56,838 bases of DNA, taken from NCBI RefSeq assembly GCF_017995345.1, contig NZ_JAGOJA010000003.1. One strand, written 5' to 3'. Below, in pieces: positions 28,443-39,043 of this stretch. The notes beneath the pieces are model-generated. The model was not told the DNA's origin and made no database searches. It worked only from the letters and a program-made list of their open reading frames with translations. The position numbers were made by a program, and so were the translations under genes. The number at the start of each line of letters is the position of its first letter. Positions within the stretch are counted from its first letter, which is position 1. This DNA comes from Flavobacterium sp. (GTDB lineage Bacteria > Bacteroidota > Bacteroidia > Flavobacteriales > Flavobacteriaceae).

Positions 28443-30298
28443 TACTTGCAACAGATTTTAAATGTTTTGTCAAAATCTTATTTTCTGTGTGTTTATTGTT
28501 TTTTCAGCGCGCAAGCATTTTTGCGCAGAATCAAAAAGTCGCTGATAGTCTAGTTAAAATCTATCAGAAAAACAAGCTTGAAAATTCTGAAAAATTAGAA
28601 TTACTTAGGAATTTATCTTTCAATGAAGTGAATAATCTCGAATTATCACTAAAATATGCCGATGAACTTATTGCACTGTCAAAGTTAGAAAAAAATTATT
28701 TATACCTCCACAGAGGATATTATCAAAAAGGGAATAAAAACAGGCTTATCGGAGATTTAAACAAAGCCTTGAATGACTTTTTCAAGAGTGCAGAAGCCGC
28801 AAGCAAAGCAAAATTTATTACTGGCAAAGGAGTTGCTTATATGTCAATAGCTGATGTATATTCGATTATGGGAAACGCTAATAATGCAGAGGTATATTAT
28901 ACCAAATCAATCGATTTATTAAGAAAAACCAAGGACTCTATCGCGTTAGCCAGTGCTTTATTAAACGCTGGAGATGAATATTCTAAAAACAAAAAATTCA
29001 ATCTAGCTTTAAAGCATTTTGAAGAAGCGAGAGTCATTTTCGACAAGACTAATTATTTGATTGGCACTGGTTATACGCTAGGAAATATTGGAATGGTATA
29101 TACAAAACAGGGTGACAATGAACTTGGGAAGATCTACATCACTAAAGCTATCAAAATTCTGGAAAAACTTAAGGATTTTTATGCCATGTCAGAATATCTA
29201 CTATACATGTCAGACATTTATTTGACACAGAATGATTGGACAACTTCACTCCGCTATGCCAAACGAAGTCTGGATTTGGCACAAAAATATGGATTGAAAG
29301 ACCAAATCAGTAATTCAAATCTTAAAATTTCCGAACTCTATCAAAAAGCCGGAAACCACAAAGAATCCTTTACCTATTATAAAAATTACATCAAGTACCG
29401 GGATAGTGTAACCAACCTAAAATCAGTCCAACAAATGGCTGATATGCGGACTAATTATGAAGTTTCGCAAAAGCAAATTGAAGTAGATTTACTCGAAAAA
29501 GATTCGGAAATTCAGAAATTGAAAGAAAAAAAACAACAAAATATTATATACGCAACAGCTATTTCCCTATTTCTTATTTTGATAATTACCATAGGGTTTT
29601 ACAGACGATATAAATTTATAAAAATGACCAATGCTATTATTGAAGAGGAAAAAAATCGTTCGAACACCTTGTTACTCAACATACTTCCTGAGGAAACGGC
29701 TCTTGAATTAAAAAAAAATGGAAAGGTTCAGGCTAAAAAATTTGAATCGGTAACCGTATTATTCACTGATTTTGAAAAATTCACTTATTATGCAGACAAA
29801 TTATCCCCAGAAAAATTAGTAGAAAGTATTGATTTCTATTTTTCAAAATTTGATAAAATAATGGAAAAATACAATTTAGAGAAAATAAAAACCGTGGGTG
29901 ATGCTTATATGTGTGCGGGCGGGTTGCCCTTCCCCACTGGAGATCATGCCTATAGAGTGGTACTTGCGGCCCTCGAAATTACAAGATTTGTAAATGCTTC
30001 CAAAGAACTAAATGTAGGAAACCAAACTCGTTTTAAAGTCCGAATCGGAATCAATACAGGACCCATAGTGGCGGGAGTAGTTGGTATTAAGAAATTTTCG
30101 TATGATATTTGGGGTGATACCGTAAACATCGCTTCTCGAATGGAATCCAACTCGGAACCAGGAAAAATTAATATATCCGAATGCACCTATCAAATAATTA
30201 AGAATGATTTTGATTGCGAATACAGAGGCGAAATCGAAGTGAAAAATAAAGGAATGATGAAAATGTACTTTGTAAATAGCCCTATATTCTCAATTTAA
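28439..30298 (+). CDS. TPR-sensor, membrane-anchored class III adenylate cyclase
   Basis: Signal peptide, TPR repeats, one TM, then VLFTDF, EKIKTVGDAYM, YDIWGDTVNIASRMES (Lys/Asp pair for ATP). Confidence 0.9.
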   Translation: MILATDFKCFVKILFSVCLLFFQRASIFAQNQKVADSLVKIYQKNKLENSEKLELLRNLSFNEVNNLELSLKYADELIALSKLEKNYLYLHRGYYQKGNKNRLIGDLNKALNDFFKSAEAASKAKFITGKGVAYMSIADVYSIMGNANNAEVYYTKSIDLLRKTKDSIALASALLNAGDEYSKNKKFNLALKHFEEARVIFDKTNYLIGTGYTLGNIGMVYTKQGDNELGKIYITKAIKILEKLKDFYAMSEYLLYMSDIYLTQNDWTTSLRYAKRSLDLAQKYGLKDQISNSNLKISELYQKAGNHKESFTYYKNYIKYRDSVTNLKSVQQMADMRTNYEVSQKQIEVDLLEKDSEIQKLKEKKQQNIIYATAISLFLILIITIGFYRRYKFIKMTNAIIEEEKNRSNTLLLNILPEETALELKKNGKVQAKKFESVTVLFTDFEKFTYYADKLSPEKLVESIDFYFSKFDKIMEKYNLEKIKTVGDAYMCAGGLPFPTGDHAYRVVLAALEITRFVNASKELNVGNQTRFKVRIGINTGPIVAGVVGIKKFSYDIWGDTVNIASRMESNSEPGKINISECTYQIIKNDFDCEYRGEIEVKNKGMMKMYFVNSPIFSI

Positions 30299-30412
30299 AA
30301 CTACAAACACCTAATTAATCAACCTTAAAAAACCTTTTGTTTTTTTGATTTGATAAAATAAGGCAGCTTCAAAAGCGGGTTGTTTTACTTACCTTTATAA
30401 AAATCAAAAAAA

Positions 30413-30847
30413 ATGAAAGCACACTCCTATAAAGATCACATTCGGTAGTATCCATCACATCATTTTGTATATTATCCAATCATAATGGCATTATTCTCCT
30501 TCAGCATTTATTTTATTTTCACAACCGAAGATTTCTTAATTTAGGCATTTATCAGTGTGATTTTTGTGCTACTTTTTTGTCTTGCTTTTATGCTTCGACA
30601 ACATTATGCTTTCACTTTACAAAACCGAATTGTACGTCTAGAACTGCGCTACCGTTATTTTTCTATTATAGGAAAAAGACTAGAGTATTTTGAAAACCAA
30701 TTAAATGACAATCAATTATTTGCCTTACTTTTTGCGCCAGACAATGAACTTCTTGGACTTATCCAAAAAGCGCTAAGTGAAAACCTTTCGGGAACAGCAA
30801 TCAAAAAAGCCATAAATCACTGGAAAGGCGATTACGAAAGAGTTTAA
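30413..30847 (+). pseudogene. DUF6526-like membrane protein gene with two in-frame stops
   Basis: One frame reads MKAHSYKDHIR*YPSHHF...FLI*AFISVIF...; TAG at 30446 and 30542. Confidence 0.8.
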
Positions 30848-30952
30848 AATCTACTAAAAAATAATACTTCTGATTTTGCCCCTATTGCGATTCAGAATTT
30901 TGTTTCTTTGTTGTGAAGAGACAGCAATAAAAACTGAATTTAAAACTCCTAA

Positions 30953-31522
30953 ATGCCAGAATATTTTCTAGATATCCAATACAAAAACATCATTTACAAC
31001 CAAGAAGAAGTCAATTTTAAGGAATTTGAGTGTTGTACTTTTAGCAATTGTAATTTTTCTACTTGCAATTTCATAGACGTTACCTTCATAGACTGTGTAT
31101 TTAATGATTGTATTTTTAATAATGCTAAAATTAATCATGTCGCTTTTAGAACAGCAACTTTTAATCGTTGTGAAATCAAAGAAGTCAATTTTTCTATGTG
31201 CGATAAATTAATTTTCGAAATTGCTTTTAAGGATTGTGTTTTGGATTTCTCCAAATTCTATACTTTAAAAATGAAAGGAACGTCATTCACCAATTGCAGT
31301 ATTATTGCAGTAGATTTTATGAGTACTGATTTGACCGAAGTGGCTTTTGAAAACTGCGATTTATACCGTTCTGAATTTGCAAAAGCAATTGCTAATAAAG
31401 CCGATTTTAGAACCAGCTATAATTACACGATTGACCCAACGAAAACAAAATTAAAAAAGGCTGTTTTTTCGTTAAACGAAGTAAAAGGGTTGCTTTTCAA
31501 ACACGAACTCATCATAAAATAA
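30953..31522 (+). CDS. Pentapeptide repeat protein
   Basis: Repeated F..C.F pentads. Confidence 0.9.
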   Translation: MPEYFLDIQYKNIIYNQEEVNFKEFECCTFSNCNFSTCNFIDVTFIDCVFNDCIFNNAKINHVAFRTATFNRCEIKEVNFSMCDKLIFEIAFKDCVLDFSKFYTLKMKGTSFTNCSIIAVDFMSTDLTEVAFENCDLYRSEFAKAIANKADFRTSYNYTIDPTKTKLKKAVFSLNEVKGLLFKHELIIK

Positions 31523-31693
31523 AAACCCTAGTTGGAAGTAATAAAGCTAATAAATCCATTCTAGTAGTCGTGTACATCTCACAATTTAATTCTTTTGATA
31601 AAGATTCGATCCATTTGCTTTACGCAAAAATAAACTCGATTGACAGTTCATCATCATTTTAGGAAACTATCTTAAATACTTTCTAAGTTGAAT

Positions 31694-32470
31694 TTATTTA
31701 ATTTTTACGTTATCTAGATACAGCTCAAAAATGGCTTTTACTTTTTCTAAAGTCTCTATAGCTGGAGAAGGTGTTTCGCCAAGTTCGTACTGCATATTCA
31801 TTAACTCCCATTTGTGTTTTCCCAATTGGTGAAAAGGAATAATCTCAACCCTTTCTACTGTTTTATAACCCGAAAAATGGTTGGCCCATTCGTGTAAATA
31901 TTCAACTTGATCCGTCCATCCCGGTACTAAAACATAGCGCAACCACATGGGTTTACCAGTGCTTTCACGGTATTCTGCAAGTTCTAAAGTGGTCTTATTA
32001 TTCAAACCGGTTAATTTTTTGTGCCATTCTTCGTTGATGTGTTTTACATCTAACATCAATAAATCGGTTCTTTCTAAAAGTTCTTTGGTTTGAGAATCCA
32101 AAACTCGTCCATTCGAATCCAGACAAGTATTGATGCCTTGTTCGTGCAAACGGTCAAAAAAGGCAATTAATTTGGCTCTTTGCAATAGCGGTTCTCCGCC
32201 CGAAACGGTCACTCCACCCTGCTTTCCAAAATAAGCTTTTTGTTTTAATGCTTTTGTAACGAGTTCATCGATGGTGACCAATGAACCTCCGTGTACATCT
32301 ATTGAATCCGGATTTTGACAATACAAACATCTAAATTGGCATCCTTGAACAAATACAACCATTCTTATTCCAGGGCCGTCATGCGTTCCAAAGGTTTCTA
32401 AAGAATGTATTCTTAAGGAGTCAAAGTCGGAATCGTTTAATAAATGATTGGGTTGTTCTGGGAAGTACAT
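31694..32470 (-). CDS. pflA: Pyruvate formate-lyase activating enzyme
   Basis: DGPGIR, GCQFRCLYCQNPD, SGGEP, RYVLVPG. Confidence 0.95.
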   Translation of the reverse strand: MYFPEQPNHLLNDSDFDSLRIHSLETFGTHDGPGIRMVVFVQGCQFRCLYCQNPDSIDVHGGSLVTIDELVTKALKQKAYFGKQGGVTVSGGEPLLQRAKLIAFFDRLHEQGINTCLDSNGRVLDSQTKELLERTDLLMLDVKHINEEWHKKLTGLNNKTTLELAEYRESTGKPMWLRYVLVPGWTDQVEYLHEWANHFSGYKTVERVEIIPFHQLGKHKWELMNMQYELGETPSPAIETLEKVKAIFELYLDNVKIK

Positions 32471-32493
32471 ATTTTATTTCATTTATTGATTTA

Positions 32494-32537
32494 ATAAATG
32501 CTATTCCTTTAAAAAAAATTAAAGAAATAGCATTTAT
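32494..32537. terminator. Hairpin between pflB and pflA
   Basis: ataaatgctatt...aatagcatttat inverted repeat. Confidence 0.55.
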
Positions 32538-32574
32538 AAAAGCTTACGTTGTTTTTTTGAAGCTTTGCAATCAA

Positions 32575-34809
32575 TTACATCGTATCATGGAAAGTTCTGC
32601 TAATAACTTCTAGTTGGTGCGCTTTAGACAAACGCACAAAATTAACAGCGTACCCAGAAACACGAATCGTCAATTGAGGATAATTCTCAGGATGATTATA
32701 CGCATCAACTAAAGTTTCTTTATTTAAGATATTAACATTCAAGTGATGGGCATTTCTTCCAAAATAAGCATCCAAAGTAGTTGTCAAATTGGCTACTTGT
32801 TCTTCCATAGTAGTACCTAATGATTTTGGAACCATCGTGAAAGTATAAGAAATTCCATCTTGGGCATCGTTATAGTTTAATTTACTAACAGAATTCAAAG
32901 AAGCAATTGCGCCGTTTTCATCTCTTCCGTGCATTGGATTTGCCCCTGGAGCAAAAGCTTGACCGGCTTTACGTCCGTCTGGCGTTGCACCAGTATTTGA
33001 ACCGTACATTACATTAGAAGTAATGGTAAGTAATGAAAGTGTAGGTACTGAATTTTTATATGTTTCGTGTTTTCTTAACTCATCAATAAAAATTTTAGTC
33101 ACTTCTTGCGCAATACTATCTACTCTATCATCGTCATTACCAAATTTTGGATAATCTCCTTCGATGTTGAAATCAGTAGTCAATCCAAATTCGTTTCTGA
33201 TTGGAGTTACTTTGGCATATTTAATAGCTGAAAGTGAATCAGCAATAATAGAAATTCCGGCAGCACCATAAGCAATGTCAATATTTGGATTAGAGTCAAT
33301 CAAAGCCATTTGAGCTCTTTCATAGTAATATTTATCGTGCATGTAATGAATGATGTACATGGATTTAGCATACACACGAGCTACTTCGGCCAATGTTTTC
33401 TTGAAAGATTTCATCACAGCATCATAATCCAATACTTCATCGTCCATTTCTGAAATGTTGTTCACTACTTGCACTCCCTCTGCTTCTTCTCTACCACCAT
33501 TCAAAGACATTAAAAGCGCTTTTGGCAAGTTGGCACGAGCCCCAAAGTGTTGAATTGTTTTTCCAATTTCTTGGTAAGAAACACAACAAGCAATACCGTA
33601 ATCGTCTGAACCACGATTTTCTCTCATCAAGTCATCATTTTCATATTGAAGCGAAGAGGTGTCTATTGAAACTTGTGCACAAAAATCTTTGAATCCCTGT
33701 GGCAAACTTTCAGACCAAAGAATAGTCAAGTTTGGTTCTGGAGAAGCTCCCAAGTTATAAAGTGTTTGCAAGAAACGGAAAGAAGTTTTAGTTACTTTAG
33801 TTCTTCCATCGTGCAATTGACCACCAATAGCTTCAGTAACCCAAGTTGGATCTCCACCAAAAATAGCATCATAAGCTCCCGGACGAAGATGACGCACCAA
33901 ACGCAATTTCATTACAAATTGGTCAATGTATTCTTGGGCAAGCACCTCATCAATAAGTCCTTCCTCTATATCATTTTGAATATATACATCCAAGAATGAC
34001 GAAACATTACCAAGAGACATTGCTGCTCCATCTTGTTCTTTAACCGCACTTAAATATCCTAAATAGGTAAACTGAACCGCTTCGTGTGCAGTTGCAGCAG
34101 GTTTTGAAATGTCTATTCCATAAGAAAAAGCCATTTTTTTCATATCAAGCAATGCTTTTATTTGCTCCGAAATTTCTTCGCGCAAACGAACTTTAGCATC
34201 ATTCATTTCACCCGAAACATTTGCGATATCAGCTTTCTTTTCGGCAATCAATCTATCAATTCCGTACAGAGCCACTCTTCTAAAATCACCAATGATTCTT
34301 CCTCTGGCATAATTATCAGGCAAACCAGTCAATACGTGTTTTGAACGGTAGGTTTTAATTTCACTATCATAAGCGTCAAATACGGCTTGATTGTGGTTTT
34401 TTGCGTAATTAAAAATATCAACTACTCGGTCAGAAACTTTCAATCCTCTTTCGGCAACGGCAGATTCTACCAATTTGATTCCCCCAAATGGTTTCATTGC
34501 CCTTTTTAGAAGTTCGTCGGTTTGAAGTCCTACTATAGTTTCATATTCTTTTTGAATGTATCCAGGTTCAAAAGAAGTTATATTGGAAATCACTTCGGTA
34601 TCAATTGCTAAACAACCATCATTTTCTCTTTCTTTCAAAAGAAACTCTTTACAAACATCCCAAAGTTTGGTTGTTTTTTCAGACGGTCCTACAAGAAAAC
34701 TGCCGTCACCTTTATATGGTTTTATGTTTTGTAAAATGAAATCATGTACATTAATACTGTTTTTCCAAACTCCTGTTTTAAAAGCTATTCTTTCTAACAA
34801 ATTTTCCAT
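32575..34809 (-). CDS. pflB: Pyruvate formate-lyase
   Basis: IACCVS active-site Cys pair and RVSGYAV glycyl-radical loop. Confidence 0.97.
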   Translation of the reverse strand: MENLLERIAFKTGVWKNSINVHDFILQNIKPYKGDGSFLVGPSEKTTKLWDVCKEFLLKERENDGCLAIDTEVISNITSFEPGYIQKEYETIVGLQTDELLKRAMKPFGGIKLVESAVAERGLKVSDRVVDIFNYAKNHNQAVFDAYDSEIKTYRSKHVLTGLPDNYARGRIIGDFRRVALYGIDRLIAEKKADIANVSGEMNDAKVRLREEISEQIKALLDMKKMAFSYGIDISKPAATAHEAVQFTYLGYLSAVKEQDGAAMSLGNVSSFLDVYIQNDIEEGLIDEVLAQEYIDQFVMKLRLVRHLRPGAYDAIFGGDPTWVTEAIGGQLHDGRTKVTKTSFRFLQTLYNLGASPEPNLTILWSESLPQGFKDFCAQVSIDTSSLQYENDDLMRENRGSDDYGIACCVSYQEIGKTIQHFGARANLPKALLMSLNGGREEAEGVQVVNNISEMDDEVLDYDAVMKSFKKTLAEVARVYAKSMYIIHYMHDKYYYERAQMALIDSNPNIDIAYGAAGISIIADSLSAIKYAKVTPIRNEFGLTTDFNIEGDYPKFGNDDDRVDSIAQEVTKIFIDELRKHETYKNSVPTLSLLTITSNVMYGSNTGATPDGRKAGQAFAPGANPMHGRDENGAIASLNSVSKLNYNDAQDGISYTFTMVPKSLGTTMEEQVANLTTTLDAYFGRNAHHLNVNILNKETLVDAYNHPENYPQLTIRVSGYAVNFVRLSKAHQLEVISRTFHDTM

Positions 34810-35220
34810 TTTTGATATTTTAATTGCCTATTTTTATTTATGTGTTATTTTATTGACTTTTCAACACCCTAAAATTACGAAATATGTAAATAGGTTGTAA
34901 ATTTGATATGTTTTTTGACAAAAAATCAATTATTTATCCAAAAAACTAAATATTTTGCCTTTTTTATACGCTATCAATTAATTATGATTTTATTTTGGTT
35001 GTTTTTGAAGATAAAAAACTAAGACAACGCTAACGTTATAGTCCTATAATTTATTGGTTTTTGAGTCATTTTCTTCCGAAAAACAAAAACCAAAACTTCC
35101 GTTATAAAATAAAAACCTTCCTTTTATTTTAAAAAACCTTTAAAACCAAGACAAAAAATTTAGTTTAAAATGAATACATCTTTATAAATTGAAAAAATCT
35201 ATCTGAGGGATTTAACGTAA

Positions 35221-35256
35221 AATTCCCTTTCAAAGCATACACTTTGCAAGGGAATT
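35221..35256 (-). terminator. Hairpin downstream of the ABC ATPase gene
   Basis: aattcccttt caaag...ctttg caagggaatt. Confidence 0.5.
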
Positions 35257-35363
35257 AAATTAGCTTTATATCTAAAATCGAGTCTTTCAACTTCGCTTTA
35301 CTGAAAAAATTAAATTAAATCTATTCCAGTACATTTACTACTCAAATGGTAATAAATAGTAGT

Positions 35364-36044
35364 TTAAGAAATTATTTTTCCGTCTTCCATCGTAATAATT
35401 CTATTGGTTCTTTCAGCAAAATCAGTATCGTGAGTTACCACCAATAAAGTCTGGTTTTGTTCTTGTGTAAGTCTATTGAAAATATCAAAAACTAGGTCGC
35501 TGTTTTTCCTGTCTAAATTCCCTGTAGGCTCATCGCCCATAATAATCAACGGATCATTTATCAAAGCGCGTGCAATGGCCACCCGTTGTTTTTGTCCGCC
35601 ACTCAATTGATTTGGCATTTTTAGTGCTTGGTCTTCCATGTCGAGGGTTTTTAAATGTTCCATGGCGCGATGCTCTAATTCTTGATCTGAATATTTGGCT
35701 AATTTCATCCCCGGAAGCATTACGTTTTTCAGCACATTATACTCCGCCAATAAGTAATGAAACTGAAATACAAAACCTATTTTTTCATTTCTAATTAATG
35801 CTAACTCTTGATCCGTTTTCCCCGTAACAAGTTCATTATGAATAAATATCTGACCGTCATAATCCGTGTCCATAGTAGAAAGCAAATACAATAAAGTCGA
35901 CTTTCCACAACCTGACTTTCCTACTATCGAAACAAACTCGCCATGGTCGACAGTCATGCTAATTTCCTTTAAAACCTGAAATTTTACGGGGTCGTAAAAA
36001 TATTTACTCAGCCCAATTGTCTCTAAAACAGTGTTATTCTCCAT
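35364..36044 (-). CDS. ABC ATP-binding protein (LolD/MacB-like)
   Basis: GKSGCGKS, LSGGQ, DEPTGNLD. Confidence 0.93.
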   Translation of the reverse strand: MENNTVLETIGLSKYFYDPVKFQVLKEISMTVDHGEFVSIVGKSGCGKSTLLYLLSTMDTDYDGQIFIHNELVTGKTDQELALIRNEKIGFVFQFHYLLAEYNVLKNVMLPGMKLAKYSDQELEHRAMEHLKTLDMEDQALKMPNQLSGGQKQRVAIARALINDPLIIMGDEPTGNLDRKNSDLVFDIFNRLTQEQNQTLLVVTHDTDFAERTNRIITMEDGKIIS

Positions 36045-36046
36045 CT

Positions 36047-37303
36047 TTATTTCCCTCTGATAATTTCTACTGGATCTACTTTACTGGCTTTTAAAGCTGG
36101 AAAAAGTCCGGCAATGATCGTTGTAAATAATGCAAATGTAATCCCGATACCATAATATATCGGGTCATAATTGATAGGATACGTTTTCACCGTGGGCAAT
36201 GACGCCGTTTCAAACGGAATAATATCTATAATAGAAGAGAAAATATAGCCAAAAAGTAAACCAAACAATCCTCCGGTAAGTCCTATAATTATCGAAAGGG
36301 AAATAAAAATCCATTTCACATCATTGCCGGAAAATCCACTAGCTTTCAAAATCGCAATACTATCCATTTTTTCATAAATCATCATGTTCAGAATGTTATA
36401 AATTCCAAAACCGGCAACAATCAGCAACACTACACCAACGGAATAAGAAATGATACTTCGCACCGAACTTCCCGTTTCAAACTGAGAATTGGCAGTTTGA
36501 TAATCTATTGTATCGAGATCAAACGTAGCTCGAAACTCTTTTGCGACAGCAGGTGCTGAAGCCATATCGTATAAATTTACCTGAATATCAGTGATATAAT
36601 TTGTAGGTTCTCCTTGTAGTTTTTGGGCTGTTTCCAATGAGGTATAACTATTCACATTATCGATTTCAGCAATACCAATTTCGGAAATACCTACGATTTT
36701 AAGCGAAGCCAAAGTTCCTTTGGAAGTGGTAATTTTGATTATATCTCCTTTAGCAAGCAGCATTTTATCAGACAAACCTTTCCCGATAATAATACTGTTA
36801 TTCTGAAGCAAATCAGCAACTTTTCCTTCTATGATATAATCGCTTATTTTAAACAATTTGTCTTCGGCCAAAACATCAATTCCATTAATTATTCCGGAAA
36901 TTTCAATCGTCCCTGAATTAAAAAAAACAGGCGAAGTCACCTTAGGTGCAACATCAATAACTCGAGGATCTTGTTTTAAAGTAGCTATAATTGTTTTACT
37001 ATTGTAAATGGATTTTCCTCGGTCTTTAGGTTTTATCGAACGAATAAAATTGGTGTTTTTCTTGAACGCATCGGACAAAAACACGGGTTGCTTTTCAGAA
37101 GGTTTAATTTCGTTGTACAAAAGAACATGTGGCGTTCTGTTGAGCATTAAGCCATCCAATAAATCATTTAAACCATTCATAAAACTAACCAAAGAAATAA
37201 ACATCGCAATACTGAAAGTTACTCCAACAGCAGCAACAATAGTTTGTTTCAATCGCGCTTGAAGCAAATGCAAAGCAATGTTTAAAATAAGTTTAAAGTT
37301 CAT
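36047..37303 (-). CDS. MacB/LolE-type ABC permease
   Basis: One TM, large periplasmic domain, three TM; IAILKASG, PA.KASKVDP. Confidence 0.9.
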   Translation of the reverse strand: MNFKLILNIALHLLQARLKQTIVAAVGVTFSIAMFISLVSFMNGLNDLLDGLMLNRTPHVLLYNEIKPSEKQPVFLSDAFKKNTNFIRSIKPKDRGKSIYNSKTIIATLKQDPRVIDVAPKVTSPVFFNSGTIEISGIINGIDVLAEDKLFKISDYIIEGKVADLLQNNSIIIGKGLSDKMLLAKGDIIKITTSKGTLASLKIVGISEIGIAEIDNVNSYTSLETAQKLQGEPTNYITDIQVNLYDMASAPAVAKEFRATFDLDTIDYQTANSQFETGSSVRSIISYSVGVVLLIVAGFGIYNILNMMIYEKMDSIAILKASGFSGNDVKWIFISLSIIIGLTGGLFGLLFGYIFSSIIDIIPFETASLPTVKTYPINYDPIYYGIGITFALFTTIIAGLFPALKASKVDPVEIIRGK

Positions 37304-38409
37304 TATTTAGGTTTATAAATCGTTTCTCCAGCCTTTAATCCCGCAATTATTTCTACTTTCTGATAATCACTTAAACCCGTTTTTACTTCTCGTTTTTCGT
37401 CTTTATTTACTAAAACATATTTGCCTTCCATTAAGTATGTTTTTGGAATCGTAATGGTGTTTTTCTTTATCTGAATGATAATATTGGCTTCGGCGGTAAG
37501 ATTGGGGTAGAGTTTTTGAGGTGGTTTTATAAAATGTGCTTCAATTTTAAAAGTCCGAGAACGCTCATTCATTATTGGATAAATTTTAGCAATGACAGCA
37601 TCAAAAACCTGCCCTTTGTAACTATCCATTGTTACCAGAACTCTTTGTCCCGTTCGCACACGAACCATGTCATTTTCATCCACTTCTAGTTCTAATAAAA
37701 ATGAATTTTCCTGACCAATTATTGCCAAAGGAGTTTGTGGTGTAACTAGCGTTCCTTCTTTTACCAAAACATCAAAAAGCTGTCCAGAAAAGGCACTTTT
37801 AACAGTAAAATCACTTTGAGATTTCTGATTAATTTTTAGGTTGACACTATTTCTGCTTTGGTCATTCTTCAATTGGGCTTTGAGTTGTTCCAATTGCTTT
37901 TTAGCCGACTCATAATTAATTTTGGAACTTTTATACGCTAATTCGACTCTTTCAAAATCAACTTCAGAAATTCCTCCCTGATTCCGGATGTTTTTATTTC
38001 GATTGTAAATGGATTCATCTAAAGTCAATTTGTCTCTACTCGATTGGACTTTCATTTCCATTTCAGCAATTTTATCTTGAATGTATCGACTGTTTTCTAG
38101 ACTTAATTGATACGCTAATCGAGCATTTTCAGTATTCAGTTCCGCTTTATAGCTTTCCAATTCAAATAGTGATTGACCTTTACTAACGGCTTGCCCCACA
38201 ATACCATTTACCTTTAGTAATGTACCATTTACCGTAGCATAAACCGTATATTGCCCATCCGCTTTTATAACTCCGGAAGCATAAACACTTTCCGTAACTT
38301 CTCCTAGTGTTGGTTTAATTTCTTCTGTTTCTTTTTTAGAACAAGAAAGCAAAGTAAGAACTAGTAAATAAAATAGTGATTGTAATTTCAAACTCATTTC
38401 GCTTTTCAT
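37303..38409 (-). CDS. Periplasmic adaptor (membrane fusion protein), lipoprotein
   Basis: LLSC lipobox, VYASG, coiled coil, VDEND, LYPNLT. Confidence 0.88.
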   Translation of the reverse strand: MKSEMSLKLQSLFYLLVLTLLSCSKKETEEIKPTLGEVTESVYASGVIKADGQYTVYATVNGTLLKVNGIVGQAVSKGQSLFELESYKAELNTENARLAYQLSLENSRYIQDKIAEMEMKVQSSRDKLTLDESIYNRNKNIRNQGGISEVDFERVELAYKSSKINYESAKKQLEQLKAQLKNDQSRNSVNLKINQKSQSDFTVKSAFSGQLFDVLVKEGTLVTPQTPLAIIGQENSFLLELEVDENDMVRVRTGQRVLVTMDSYKGQVFDAVIAKIYPIMNERSRTFKIEAHFIKPPQKLYPNLTAEANIIIQIKKNTITIPKTYLMEGKYVLVNKDEKREVKTGLSDYQKVEIIAGLKAGETIYKPK

Positions 38410-38531
38410 TTAACTTTATAGGTTGTTGCAAATTCTTTCTATAAATATACGACATTAACCATTTTGAAGTTCTATAAATTGTTGTAAAATTATCAGCTAA
38501 AAAGTGTTTCTCACAAGGACAATTCAATAGA

Positions 38532-39032
38532 TTATAGTTTTTTTTCCATTTTGTAATCCTCCATTTTGTAGCCGTGATCTAATTCTGTATTTTCTTCGGA
38601 AACCACTTCAAAACCTACTTTTTTATAAAAATGTAAAGCATTATTATATCTGTTTACGTTCAACGAAACAGCAACCGATTGATTTTTTCTGGCTAAATTT
38701 TCAATAGCGTCCATTACTAATTTTCCTGCTCCTTTTCCTTGTGCTTCAGGAAGTAAATAGATTTTATGAAGATGTGTTCGATTTTTATCTAAATAATTAT
38801 GTTCATACGAAGCAAATCCAAGGCAAAGTTCGGCTTCATTGACCAACAGAAAACAATGTCGTTTTTCATTTAAATTCTCAAGTAGCGTTTCCTCTGAGTA
38901 AAATAGATTGAGCATATAATCAATCTGCTCTTTTGATAAGATGGCTCCGTAAGTAGACGGCCATGTTTTATAGGCAATTTCTCGAATGTTTTTAAAGTCT
39001 TTTGCAGTGCCTTGCGATAGTGATAGCATCAT
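38532..39032 (-). CDS. GNAT acetyltransferase
   Basis: IYLLPEAQGKGAG, N..ALHFYKKVGF. Confidence 0.9.
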   Translation of the reverse strand: MMLSLSQGTAKDFKNIREIAYKTWPSTYGAILSKEQIDYMLNLFYSEETLLENLNEKRHCFLLVNEAELCLGFASYEHNYLDKNRTHLHKIYLLPEAQGKGAGKLVMDAIENLARKNQSVAVSLNVNRYNNALHFYKKVGFEVVSEENTELDHGYKMEDYKMEKKL

Positions 39033-39043
39033 AATTATTTAAA

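Noticed and set aside
30413-30847. Amber recoding or readthrough
   Set aside because: TAG is a normal stop for other genes here (for example at 5293, 10871 and 52523), and the two sites appear to need different amino acids
30953-31522. Qnr quinolone-resistance gene
   Set aside because: Generic pentapeptide repeats only; nothing visible supports the specific assignment
34915-34929. FNR box upstream of pflB (TTGAC-N5-ATCAA)
   Set aside because: The spacer is one base too long and the site is not at the 29.5-bp spacing from the nearest -7-like element
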